From NCBI GenBank assembly GCA_964014485.1, contig CAXHAT010000186.1, positions 1-15,285 on the forward strand: DNA of 15,285 bases, in the 5' to 3' direction. A program made the position numbers and the translations under genes. A model generated the notes under the pieces. That model made no database searches. It was not told the DNA's origin and was given only the letters and a program-made list of their open reading frames with translations. The DNA is from an uncultured Deferribacteres bacterium. GTDB taxonomy: Bacteria > Zhuqueibacterota > Zhuqueibacteria > Zhuqueibacterales > Geothermadaptataceae. Numbering within the stretch: position 1 is the stretch's first letter; each line of letters opens with the position of its first letter. Shown here in pieces: positions 15,242 through 15,285 of this stretch.

Positions 15242-15285
15242 CTGTCTCTTATACACATCTGACGCTGCCGACGAGCTTCTTGGTG
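15242..15285 (+). other. Illumina Nextera adapter read-through (artefact)
   Basis: CTGTCTCTTATACACATCT (Tn5 mosaic end, 15242-15260), GACGCTGCCGACGA (15261-15274), an 8-nt index GCTTCTTG, then GTG (start of the P5 reverse complement). Confidence 0.98.

Noticed and set aside
15242..15260. Genuine Tn5/IS50 transposon end
   Set aside because: It is the synthetic mosaic end and is followed directly by Nextera adapter sequence.

Overview
Bacterial DNA of moderate GC, apparently the end of an assembled contig: the last 44 nt are Illumina Nextera adapter, not genome. The 12 credible CDSs, in order: trmB, a VOC/glyoxalase protein, a hemolysin-III/PAQR membrane protein, a secreted M20 (AbgB-like) amidohydrolase, a lipoprotein, a zinc-finger anti-sigma factor and an ECF sigma factor (one minus-strand unit), a GAF-AAA+-HTH sigma54 activator, a membrane-anchored PP2C phosphatase and a membrane Ser/Thr kinase converging on that activator, a membrane-anchored MutS-domain-V ATPase, and a secreted hypothetical protein. 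The most unusual signal is non-coding: three short elements in the first 4.1 kb share CTGATGTTACGC-type terminal inverted repeats. One is complete with a perfect 8-bp target-site duplication, and the three carry two unrelated classes of REP-like palindrome. A candidate ECF promoter (GCAAG-N17-CGTY-N3-AC) occurs upstream of both the sigma gene and the lipoprotein gene. All calls come from reading motifs by eye; no database searches were run.
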